Shown one piece after another: positions 56,452 to 64,000 of a stretch of 64,000 bases of DNA. Source of the stretch: Escherichia phage saus132. The first letter of the stretch is position 1; each line of letters starts with the position of its first letter. The position numbers and the translations under genes are program-made. The notes beneath the pieces are model-generated. The model did not search any database. It was not told the DNA's origin and saw nothing but the letters and a program-made list of their open reading frames with translations. The stretch is from the sequence record NC_047884.1. One strand, written 5' to 3'.

Positions 56452-57204
56452 TTACACCTTCCCCATATCCTTAAAGATATCGTAGAATGCTTTAGACTCT
56501 GGTGAGCGAACGTTGTCGATCAGTTCGATCATAGAGAAAGGAGAGTTTTCGTACTTCTCATAGACTTCCATAAGAAGTGCTAGACCTGAATCACCCTTGA
56601 TGTCTTTCTGAGCTATATCTCCACAGATAATTAGACGACAATCTTGTCCGACACGAGTCAAGAGACAGATCATTGCTTCAACGGAGATATTCTGAGCTTC
56701 ATCGACAATTACATAGGAGTTGTTGAAAGTTCGGCCACGGGCATGTTCGATAGCCAGGAATTTGATTTTCTGACGTTCGACATATCCTTTGTAGGCGTGA
56801 TCACCGATTGCCCATTTCATGCCATCGGCTATTGGTTCCAACCAAGGCTCTAGCTTTTCTGCTAGATCACCTGGGAGCATACCAAGAGATTTACCTAGAG
56901 GTTCGTTCGGACGCACGAGGATCACTTGCTCAATATCTGAGTGAATGTCTACGAGTTCCTGAGCTGCAAGAACGGACGGAATAAAGGTTTTACCAGTACC
57001 TGGTTCACCGATACCCACAGTCACTGTGTTGTTCTTGATCATATTGATATATGATTTTTGCTCACGGTTTTTACCAACTAGGGATTTAGCAACTGGATTG
57101 GCGTAATCACCAGAGAAATCTGCTTGAATTACGTTACTCTCATACTTGTTGCCACGCTTTCTTGAACCATTGCGGTTCTCTCTTTTTTGACGTGCTTTTC
57201 CCAT
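56452..57204 (-). CDS. phoH: PhoH-like ATPase
   Basis: Walker A GEPGTGKTF; start set at ATG after AGGAG RBS (track start is GTG at 57213). Confidence 0.75.
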   Translation of the reverse strand: MGKARQKRENRNGSRKRGNKYESNVIQADFSGDYANPVAKSLVGKNREQKSYINMIKNNTVTVGIGEPGTGKTFIPSVLAAQELVDIHSDIEQVILVRPNEPLGKSLGMLPGDLAEKLEPWLEPIADGMKWAIGDHAYKGYVERQKIKFLAIEHARGRTFNNSYVIVDEAQNISVEAMICLLTRVGQDCRLIICGDIAQKDIKGDSGLALLMEVYEKYENSPFSMIELIDNVRSPESKAFYDIFKDMGKV

Positions 57205-57277
57205 AAATAACACTCCTATAGTGTACTTCGCTAACAGAGGATCAACAAAAAGATCTTGTTTATCAACTTACAAATAT

Positions 57278-57306
57278 ATTATACCAATATATGCGGGAGA
57301 AAGCAA
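57278..57306 (-). promoter_or_regulatory. T5-type early promoter for phoH
   Basis: TATAAT 57278-57283, TTGCTT 57301-57306, 17-bp spacer. Confidence 0.5.
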
Positions 57307-57498
57307 CTACAATTTTAAATAAGCCTATGATATTGCATTTAAATAAAAAATTTGCTTGCTTTTATTGGGAGATGTATGGTACTAGATAATCATTTTATAT
57401 CGCGTACACGGGCGCGTGATTATACTATTTTTAATAGAGGTTGGCAAATAAAATTTTTTGACTCAGATCATGTTACAGAACTTTATAGTAAAATATTG

Positions 57499-57527
57499 TT
57501 GACATCCGCCTTCGAATGAGTTATAAT
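57499..57527 (+). promoter_or_regulatory. consensus sigma70 promoter for nrdD (TTGACA-17-TATAAT)
   Basis: TTGACA 57499-57504, 17-bp spacer, TATAAT 57522-57527; GAAGGAGGG RBS before ATG 57557. Confidence 0.65.
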
Positions 57528-57556
57528 AGTAGTCTTAGTTAGAGAAGGAGGGTATA

Positions 57557-59431
57557 ATGAATCGCAATGAAGAACTAAAATATAAAGGAATGCAGTCCTT
57601 AATTCGAAACTGCAAAGAAATTATCGAAGGTTCAGCAGATGAAGAGCTGCTGTTTAATAATGCCAATAAGCCCTCAGAACGTTTCCCTACACAAAGGGAT
57701 ATGCTTGCAGGGGAATTGAGTAAATATCTGATTCTGGAAGAAATGCCAATCCAGATTCGAAATGCTCACATGATTGGTGATATTCACTTCCATGATGCTG
57801 ATTACGCTGCGTTAGGTATGACTAACTGTTGCCTGGTTGCTTTGGAAGATATGTTGAAGAATGGTATGAAGGTTGGTAATGCTGAAATCAGTACGCCAAA
57901 CTCCATTACTACTGCGGCTGCTATTACAGCTCAGATTATCACTCAGGTTAGCTCACACCAATATGGTGGTACTTCTGTAGACCGATTAGATGAAGTATTG
58001 GCTCCTTATGTTCGTAAGTCTTACGATAAGAATCATGCGTTTGCAAAACGTTGGACTAAGGATGAAGCCAAAGCATCTGTAATGGCTACGGAAATGACTG
58101 AGAAAGAAGTTTACGATGCCTGTCAAGGTCTAGAGTATGAAATCAATACGATGTTCAACTCTAATGGTCAGAGTCCATTTATTACCTTTGGTTTTGGTCT
58201 AGGAACTTCCTGGGAAGCACGTCTTGTACAGAAAGCAATCTTAGAAGTGCGTATGGATGGTTTGGGTATCAATAAACGTACAGCTATCTTCCCTAAACTG
58301 GTATTTGTTTTGCGTGATGGCGTAAATATGAAACCTGGTGATGTTAACTATGATATCAAGAAGTTAGCTATGAAATGTACTGCTGAACGTATGTATCCTG
58401 ACTACATCAGTTATGATAAGGTTGTAGAAGTTACGGGAGACTACAAAGTCTCTATGGGCTGTCGTTCATTCCTGGCTGCTGCGGAAGATGGTGAAACTTC
58501 TGGTCGTAACAACTTAGGCGTTGTTTCCGTAAACCTTCCTCGAATCGCTATCGAAGCGGAAGGAAATATTGATCTATTCTTCGATCTGCTTGAGCTGCGT
58601 GTGGATACCGCGTTAAAAGCATTGGAGTGGAGGGTTGATCGCTTAAAATACATCCAAGCTAAAGCTGCGCCCATCCTCTATATGTCAGGAGCCTTTGGAT
58701 TACGTCTGGGGCCAGATGAATATGTGTTTGATCATTTCTACAAGCGTGCTTCTGTATCTCTAGGATATATTGGTTGCCACGAAATGTTGCAGCTCATGTT
58801 TGGTAAAGATGTAGATACAATGTCTGAGTCTTGTATCAAGTTCGTTCAACGTGTGCTACAATACATGCGTGATCGTGCTGATCAGAAGAAGGAAGAGACT
58901 CAATTAGGGTATAGTCTGTATGCTACACCATCTGAATCTCTATGTGATCGCTTCTGTCGTCTAGATCGTGAGTATTTCCCAGAGCATGAAGATATTCTGG
59001 CTAAAGGATATTACACTAACTCTCATCACCTTGATGTGGAGCGTAAGGTTGCTCCGAACGTGAAGTTCGATTATGAGTCTAACTTTACCCCAATTGCTTC
59101 TGGTGGGTGCATTTCCTATGTGGAATTGCCTGATATGAAACGATTCCCAGATGCGCTGGAGTGGGTTATTAACTATGCTGCAAGTAAAGTTCATTACTTC
59201 GGTATTAATACTCCAGTAGACTCTTGTGGGGAATGTGGATTCTTGGGTGAAACTATAGCTTCTGAGGATGGTTTCAAATGCCCAATTTGTGGCAACCATG
59301 ATCCTGAGACTCTTGAGGTAACTCGTCGAGTTTGCGGATATCTTGGAAATCCAGGTGCTCGTCCATTTAACCCAGGTAAACAACATGAGGTTATGGGTCG
59401 AGTGAAACATCAGGACATTCGCGCTAAATAA
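57557..59431 (+). CDS. nrdD: anaerobic ribonucleoside-triphosphate reductase (class III RNR)
   Basis: 624 aa; C-terminal CPICG zinc site and TRRVCGYLG glycyl-radical motif. Confidence 0.8.
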   Translation: MNRNEELKYKGMQSLIRNCKEIIEGSADEELLFNNANKPSERFPTQRDMLAGELSKYLILEEMPIQIRNAHMIGDIHFHDADYAALGMTNCCLVALEDMLKNGMKVGNAEISTPNSITTAAAITAQIITQVSSHQYGGTSVDRLDEVLAPYVRKSYDKNHAFAKRWTKDEAKASVMATEMTEKEVYDACQGLEYEINTMFNSNGQSPFITFGFGLGTSWEARLVQKAILEVRMDGLGINKRTAIFPKLVFVLRDGVNMKPGDVNYDIKKLAMKCTAERMYPDYISYDKVVEVTGDYKVSMGCRSFLAAAEDGETSGRNNLGVVSVNLPRIAIEAEGNIDLFFDLLELRVDTALKALEWRVDRLKYIQAKAAPILYMSGAFGLRLGPDEYVFDHFYKRASVSLGYIGCHEMLQLMFGKDVDTMSESCIKFVQRVLQYMRDRADQKKEETQLGYSLYATPSESLCDRFCRLDREYFPEHEDILAKGYYTNSHHLDVERKVAPNVKFDYESNFTPIASGGCISYVELPDMKRFPDALEWVINYAASKVHYFGINTPVDSCGECGFLGETIASEDGFKCPICGNHDPETLEVTRRVCGYLGNPGARPFNPGKQHEVMGRVKHQDIRAK

Positions 59432-59518
59432 TGAATCAGCCAGGTTGCTAGTCGACCTGGCTTTTATTTTATTTGCTTTCGAGCTAAAACTTAGGTATAA
59501 TTGTACAAGGAGGGCTAA

Positions 59519-60205
59519 ATGGTACGAAGGAAGTTAGATAAAGACACTATCAATAAAGATTTAGAGCCTAGAAGAATTAAGCTAATAAGTGAGTATTCTG
59601 GAATCCTTAATAAAGGCACATTCATATGTAGTGTAGGTCATACATGGGAAGCTACTGTTAATAATGTAAGGAATAGCAAATCTGGCTGTCCAATATGCGC
59701 AGGTACTTTTAAACTTACTAAAGATTCGGTAAATGAAGGGTTACGTAGTAGGGGTATTACTCTTATTGGAGAGTATAAAAATAATGCTACTAAAACTCTT
59801 TTTGAATGTGAGCATGGGCATAGGTGGGAAGCCACAGTAGGCAATGTAAAGAATAAAAATTCTGGGTGTCCTGTGTGCGATACTGATTGGAATACCCCTG
59901 GTTTTATATACATTATGTGTAGTAGTATGGGAACTAAAATAGGAATTAGTATCTCTCCTGAAAGACGGTGGAAAGAGATAGTTAAAAGCTCCAATATACT
60001 AGATTTATATATTTTTGGTGTCTATTCAATAGATTCTGGTACCAAATCTAAAAGTAGGTCTATCGAGAAACAGACTCATGAATATTTTTCAGAATATAGA
60101 TTAAAGTATACAGGATTTGCTGGATGTACTGAATTCTTTGATATATCTCCCATAGCCGTAGAAAAGCACTTAATTAATAATGGGTGTATAAAGGTAGAAA
60201 AATAA
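59519..60205 (+). CDS. T5orf172-domain protein with two zinc-ribbon repeats
   Basis: two repeats GH(T/R)WEATV.NV.N..SGCP.C, then GFIYIMCSSMGTKIGISISPERRWKEI core. Confidence 0.55.
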   Translation: MVRRKLDKDTINKDLEPRRIKLISEYSGILNKGTFICSVGHTWEATVNNVRNSKSGCPICAGTFKLTKDSVNEGLRSRGITLIGEYKNNATKTLFECEHGHRWEATVGNVKNKNSGCPVCDTDWNTPGFIYIMCSSMGTKIGISISPERRWKEIVKSSNILDLYIFGVYSIDSGTKSKSRSIEKQTHEYFSEYRLKYTGFAGCTEFFDISPIAVEKHLINNGCIKVEK

Positions 60206-60270
60206 ATAAAGTACTTGCTTATATTACTTTTATTTGATATTATATTATTATAAATTAGAGAGGAGGGTGT

Positions 60271-60630
60271 ATGAAATTAAAACCATTTATTGTTGTATCT
60301 AAACTAGGGCATTATCACGTAGGAGTAGATACAATTCAGGAAGCTATTTTTGCTGCTACAGGTGATTACTCATTACTAGAAGGTATTGGGTATCCTACAT
60401 TACTAGGAGACTTCGTAGAGCAAGAACTAGATATTACTGTCTATAATCCTATATATGAAGAACCTGAAGACTTAAAAGAGACTCTAGAATTTGTATACTG
60501 GAACCACTTACAAGTATTTAATGTTACCTCTAATGGCACAGAGGATTTCTCTTCTGCTATTAAGTATTATATTAAACAAGTTTACTATGATTATTTCTAT
60601 GAGGATATTGGAGCGGAGCTAAAAGTATGA
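60271..60630 (+). CDS. hypothetical acidic protein
   Basis: 119-aa ORF; GAGGAGGG RBS. Confidence 0.5.
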   Translation: MKLKPFIVVSKLGHYHVGVDTIQEAIFAATGDYSLLEGIGYPTLLGDFVEQELDITVYNPIYEEPEDLKETLEFVYWNHLQVFNVTSNGTEDFSSAIKYYIKQVYYDYFYEDIGAELKV

Positions 60631-60830
60631 AAAACGTAAAACATCTTAAGTATCGCTTAATTTACAACGGACGTATGGAAATAGAAGATCTAGCTCAGCT
60701 AGCGATCAATTCAGATGAAGTTACAGTTCGTGCTTTGTCCATCGAGAAGCTGCGTGCTTCTTACGAAAATCGTATTATGGAATTAGAGGAGAAACTTTAT
60801 GGCATTCTCGAGTCAGAAGCTACCAGGTGA
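60627..60830 (+). CDS. hypothetical protein
   Basis: 67-aa ORF, ATGA overlap. Confidence 0.4.
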   Translation: MKNVKHLKYRLIYNGRMEIEDLAQLAINSDEVTVRALSIEKLRASYENRIMELEEKLYGILESEATR

Positions 60831-61044
60831 AAATGTTAGTCTTATTGATCTGAATAAGCTCAATCAAGAGTTTCAGGGAGTTTTAATGAAGCACTGGGAA
60901 ACTGGTTATAAGGATGGTGTTGAATCCTGTGCTACTATGCTAGAAGTTCTTGCTGATAACCTAGTGGAGAAAGGCAATAAAGAATTAGCTGAGCTGTTAG
61001 ACAGTATTGGGCAAAACTTTAGAGAACAGGTGAAAAATGCGTAG
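60799..61044 (+). CDS. hypothetical protein
   Basis: 81-aa ORF; start uncertain. Confidence 0.4.
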   Translation: MAFSSQKLPGENVSLIDLNKLNQEFQGVLMKHWETGYKDGVESCATMLEVLADNLVEKGNKELAELLDSIGQNFREQVKNA

Positions 61045-61888
61045 ACTAATCGTTGTTAGTGGTGCAGGTTTGAGTGTAGATAGTGGTGTTCGTGCTTTCC
61101 GTACTGATACTGCTAGTGGGAAATCCTTGTGGGATGAGTACGATCTAGAGGAAGTATGTAGCTTGCCTAACTTTGAAGCTGGCTTCCGTCGCTTCTGTGG
61201 TGAAGATGATCCTAACTACTTCAGTGCTCGTTTCCCTGGCATTGATGAAGATGGTAACGATCTGTATCTCAAGACTCATGAGTTCTACAACATGCGTCGT
61301 CAGGAATTACAGACTGTTGAGCCTAACATTGCCCATCTGCGAATTGCAGAATGGTTCCAGCGTTATGGTGCGGATAGCGTGAAGAACTTCACTACTAACG
61401 TTGATGACCTTCTGGAGCGCGCTGGTATCCCTCGTGATGAAATCATCCATGCTCACGGATACTTGAAAGAGGTGATCTATCGTCGGGGTCGCAATCAAAT
61501 CATCGAAGATGTTGGATACACTGCAATTGTTCCTGAAGATTACGAATGGGTAAAACCAAACGTGGTGTTCTTTGGTGAAACAGCTCCGTGGTACATGGGT
61601 CAGATCAACCTGTTTGATACGCTTACTAGCAATGATATGGTTATTGTGGTGGGTTGTAGCAACCAAGTTATCAACTTCAACTGGGAATTATTCCCTGCTG
61701 TATGTCGTGGAACTAAGATGATGGTTGTTAACCCTCAAGTTCGTTATGATGAACAGCTTGAGTATGAGAAACGTGGTGTTACTGTATGGCGGGCTGGAGC
61801 TGCCGAAGTTTTTGGTAACAAGAATTTCATTGGTCAAGTAGAAGCCTTTATGGAAGGAACTATTTATGCACCGCAAGAGCATGTGTGA
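61037..61888 (+). CDS. Sir2-family NAD-dependent protein (deacylase/ADP-ribosyltransferase-like)
   Basis: GAGLSVDSGVRAFR NAD-binding motif, TTNVDDL, HAHG catalytic His, FFGE and VVGCS motifs; no CxxC zinc module. Confidence 0.65.
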   Translation: MRRLIVVSGAGLSVDSGVRAFRTDTASGKSLWDEYDLEEVCSLPNFEAGFRRFCGEDDPNYFSARFPGIDEDGNDLYLKTHEFYNMRRQELQTVEPNIAHLRIAEWFQRYGADSVKNFTTNVDDLLERAGIPRDEIIHAHGYLKEVIYRRGRNQIIEDVGYTAIVPEDYEWVKPNVVFFGETAPWYMGQINLFDTLTSNDMVIVVGCSNQVINFNWELFPAVCRGTKMMVVNPQVRYDEQLEYEKRGVTVWRAGAAEVFGNKNFIGQVEAFMEGTIYAPQEHV

Positions 61889-62048
61889 TCTTTTAGTATG
61901 GCCGGACGGTAGTTGGTGCTACCGTTTCGAATTTGCTACCGATGACTTCTCATGGAAGAGTGATGATTTCTGCGTTATCTATGAGGATACAGCAGAATGG
62001 AAAGAGTTCCTTATTAAGGAGGGAGAATATGGTGAAGAAGATTTTTAA
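61866..62048 (+). CDS. hypothetical small protein
   Basis: 60-aa ORF. Confidence 0.35.
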   Translation: MHRKSMCDLLVWPDGSWCYRFEFATDDFSWKSDDFCVIYEDTAEWKEFLIKEGEYGEEDF

Positions 62049-62214
62049 GGGTATCTGGAAGGGTCTAGTATGGTTTGTCAACCTAATTGGTATGATTACC
62101 ATTTATTCTCTGTTCCTATCTGTTATGTGGGGTAAAGGTGAGCTGAAGGTTCCGGTTCCTTTTACTGATGAAGTTAAAGTCTGGACGTGGGATGCTACTG
62201 GTGGAAATAAGTAA
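62029..62214 (+). CDS. small membrane protein
   Basis: start at ATG after AGGAGGGAG RBS; hydrophobic core. Confidence 0.4.
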   Translation: MVKKIFKGIWKGLVWFVNLIGMITIYSLFLSVMWGKGELKVPVPFTDEVKVWTWDATGGNK

Positions 62215-62707
62215 TACTCCTGTGATTTTCCTGGATATTGATGGGGTACTCAATTCGAGCATCTCTCACCATCATGCTCTAGACAGTGAAAAGCTGTTCT
62301 TTGGCAGTGATTGGGTTTATAAGCCATTACTCCAGGTTTTTCAGAACTTTCTTAAACCCTCCCCAATAATGATTGTTGGGGTCTCTTCATGGTTTTCTGT
62401 ACGAAATGAAATGGAGAACGTTCAGATTATGACCGGACTCGGTTTGATCGATCGTTTCCTTGGTACAACAGATTTTACTGGAGGTGGTTTATATCGGGGT
62501 AATTCTGTTTTACGTTTCGTCGAAAAACATAAGCTCAAGCATTGGTGTGTCTTAGACGATGCTGGTGCTATGATGTATCAATTTCCTACTGTTATTGTAA
62601 ATGGCAGGACTGGAGTAAACCTTCAAGATTTAAATGCTATAAGCTATATGCTGGAATTTAGTCCAGATCTTGAAATGTGTAAGGCTCTTCAGAAACTTAA
62701 GGTATAA
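62192..62707 (+). CDS. HAD-like hydrolase (putative phosphatase)
   Basis: FLDIDGVLN HAD motif I near N-terminus; start set to in-frame ATG. Confidence 0.5.
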   Translation: MLLVEISNTPVIFLDIDGVLNSSISHHHALDSEKLFFGSDWVYKPLLQVFQNFLKPSPIMIVGVSSWFSVRNEMENVQIMTGLGLIDRFLGTTDFTGGGLYRGNSVLRFVEKHKLKHWCVLDDAGAMMYQFPTVIVNGRTGVNLQDLNAISYMLEFSPDLEMCKALQKLKV

Positions 62708-62709
62708 GC

Positions 62710-63138
62710 ATGTTCAATAATATTTTCATGAAAGAGGTAAATCCTATGCTCCTCAACTTCTGGCGTTCTCTCCCTAATGGTATGTATAATGAAACCATCA
62801 ATCTGCTTAAGATTTGGTGTGAGAATAATGATATCTTCTTATCCTTTAAAGGCCCACTAGAGGAAGCTCCATGTATTGGAGTTAGTGTGGATTTAGGTGA
62901 GGGAGTAGAAGAGATTGTAGACTGGAAAGAACTCGATGAAATGGGTCTGGTTTTTGCCTTAAATCATAAGCTGTTTATGCCTGCAAATCACCGTCTTATT
63001 GTAAATTATCGCACTGGTGAAGCTCCTGCTTTCCAGGTAAATGAACGTGAGGGCTGGTCATATTCGCCCGAGGAAGTAAATGAGGGGATTCAGAAACTTC
63101 GTCGTTTCGGGTATATGATCCCAGGTTTAACTGCTTAA
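62710..63138 (+). CDS. hypothetical protein, paralog A
   Basis: 142 aa; AAGGAGG-type RBS; similar in sequence to the next ORF. Confidence 0.5.
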   Translation: MFNNIFMKEVNPMLLNFWRSLPNGMYNETINLLKIWCENNDIFLSFKGPLEEAPCIGVSVDLGEGVEEIVDWKELDEMGLVFALNHKLFMPANHRLIVNYRTGEAPAFQVNEREGWSYSPEEVNEGIQKLRRFGYMIPGLTA

Positions 63139-63147
63139 GGAGGCAGA

Positions 63148-63543
63148 ATGGAACAAGTATTTTGGCGTCAGATAGATCCTAGTTTGGTAGAGCGTGCTGA
63201 GGGGCTCCTTGCACGTTGGTTGGGGGTTGACAAGGTTAGTGTAACATTTCCGTTTACTTCTGTAACAGACCCTAGTGTAGGTGTCTTTGTGGACGAAGAT
63301 GAAGATGATGGTTGGGAAGCTGACTGGAATGAATTGTCCAGTATGGGCTTGATTGTTGCCCTCAACTTCTCTATATTCCATCCACGTGGCTTAGCCATTA
63401 CACGTGACCCCGAAACTGGTGAATCCCCTTATCTTTTGCAAGTAGAAGATGATATTTGGGAGTACACCGAAGATATTCTCGAAGAAGCTAAAGGTCAATT
63501 AAATCGCATTGGGATCTATGTTCCAGGCCTAAATGATGATTGA
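63148..63543 (+). CDS. hypothetical protein, paralog B
   Basis: 131 aa; shares WxELxxMGL(V/I)xALN and C-terminal IxVPGLxxx pattern with 62710 ORF. Confidence 0.5.
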   Translation: MEQVFWRQIDPSLVERAEGLLARWLGVDKVSVTFPFTSVTDPSVGVFVDEDEDDGWEADWNELSSMGLIVALNFSIFHPRGLAITRDPETGESPYLLQVEDDIWEYTEDILEEAKGQLNRIGIYVPGLNDD

Positions 63544-63567
63544 TTTTCATTAGTCCAATCCTGATTA

Positions 63568-63596
63568 CCGAGTCATTTTGGCTCGGTTTTCTCTGT
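63568..63596 (+). terminator. putative intrinsic terminator
   Basis: ACCGAGTCATTTTGGCTCGGT hairpin followed by TTTTCTCTG. Confidence 0.5.
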
Positions 63597-63633
63597 GCTC
63601 AAAGACACTGATAGCACCTTCGGAAAAATTTTA

Positions 63634-63662
63634 CTTGCAGGATGCTCAAAATCTTGATATAA
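63634..63662 (+). promoter_or_regulatory. T5-type promoter on the plus strand (TTGCAG-17-TATAAT)
   Basis: same -10 plus leader motif (TATAATATTTATATTGAATTGAGAGAC) as the minus-strand promoters, oriented rightwards. Confidence 0.5.
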
Positions 63663-64000
63663 TATTTATATTGAATTGAGAGACATTAGTAAAAATTGAT
63701 TTTGCTAATTTTTCTTGTTTACAATCCGCAATACGGAACAGTTAGGCTGCCCCATTAAGGGTTGTTTTAACTATTACTAGTGTTTATACTGCATTAGTTA
63801 ATTATCAATTAAGTGATCTGCGTACCCTGAATTCGGAAAGGTAAATCCAAACCGTGCATATTTAGCTCGTTATATAGGCAGAGCTTTATATGGGGGTGCG
63901 AACGAAAAGAGCAGCGAATGGTGACACGTCCAGTAGCCACCTACCAATAGGATAGTGAGGGCAATCAGAATCGGCTTAGCGGCCAATGACCTAGGTTCTG

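Noticed and set aside
57557-59431. Pyruvate formate-lyase identity for the large glycyl-radical ORF
   Set aside because: The C-terminus has the NrdD-specific CPICG and RRVCGYLG motifs rather than the PFL RVSGY context.
1-64000. Prophage or bacterial chromosome context
   Set aside because: No host housekeeping genes, integrase or attachment sites; gene density, strand bias and promoter reiteration are those of a lytic T5-like genome.

Overview
This window reads as the left end and early region of a T5-like siphophage (Tequintavirus-type): nearly all genes run on the minus strand, driven by a highly reiterated promoter. Coordinates 1-5200 hold a pre-early block (Dmp-like HAD phosphatase, A1-like metallophosphatase-fold protein, A2-like protein). 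Coordinates 5400-9250 are a repeat-dense regulatory landscape: DnaA- and LexA-type boxes in inverted copies, a perfect 27-bp direct repeat, a small opposite-strand gene cassette, and two arrays of short direct repeats. From 9500 to 57200 lie about 100 early genes, including homing endonucleases, two protein phosphatases, endolysin with a holin-like gene, ClpP-like and HslV-like proteases, dNMP kinase, a GrcA-like glycyl-radical protein beside a small radical-SAM-like ORF, a PnuC-NadR NAD+ salvage pair, an SPFH protein, RNase H, ThyA, DHFR, NrdB, NrdA and PhoH. A cluster of about 28 tRNA genes plus 2 tRNA-like remnants (29041-38606, and one at 42807-42881) covers all 20 amino acids, interleaved with small ORFs and several transcribed gaps with no ORF. 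The right end (57557-63543) is a plus-strand block: NrdD, a T5orf172-domain protein, a Sir2-family protein, a HAD-like hydrolase and two tandem paralogs. All calls come from reading the sequence and motif recognition; no searches were run. The six-frame track includes GTG/TTG starts, so many CDS starts are approximate; only those with an obvious RBS were refined. tRNA, promoter and repeat coordinates are hand-indexed (about +/-2 nt). The most likely places for something undescribed are the repeat/inverted-repeat region, the GrcA plus radical-SAM pair, the NAD+ salvage pair with the Sir2 block, and the roughly 900-nt non-coding transcribed region at 42882-43777.
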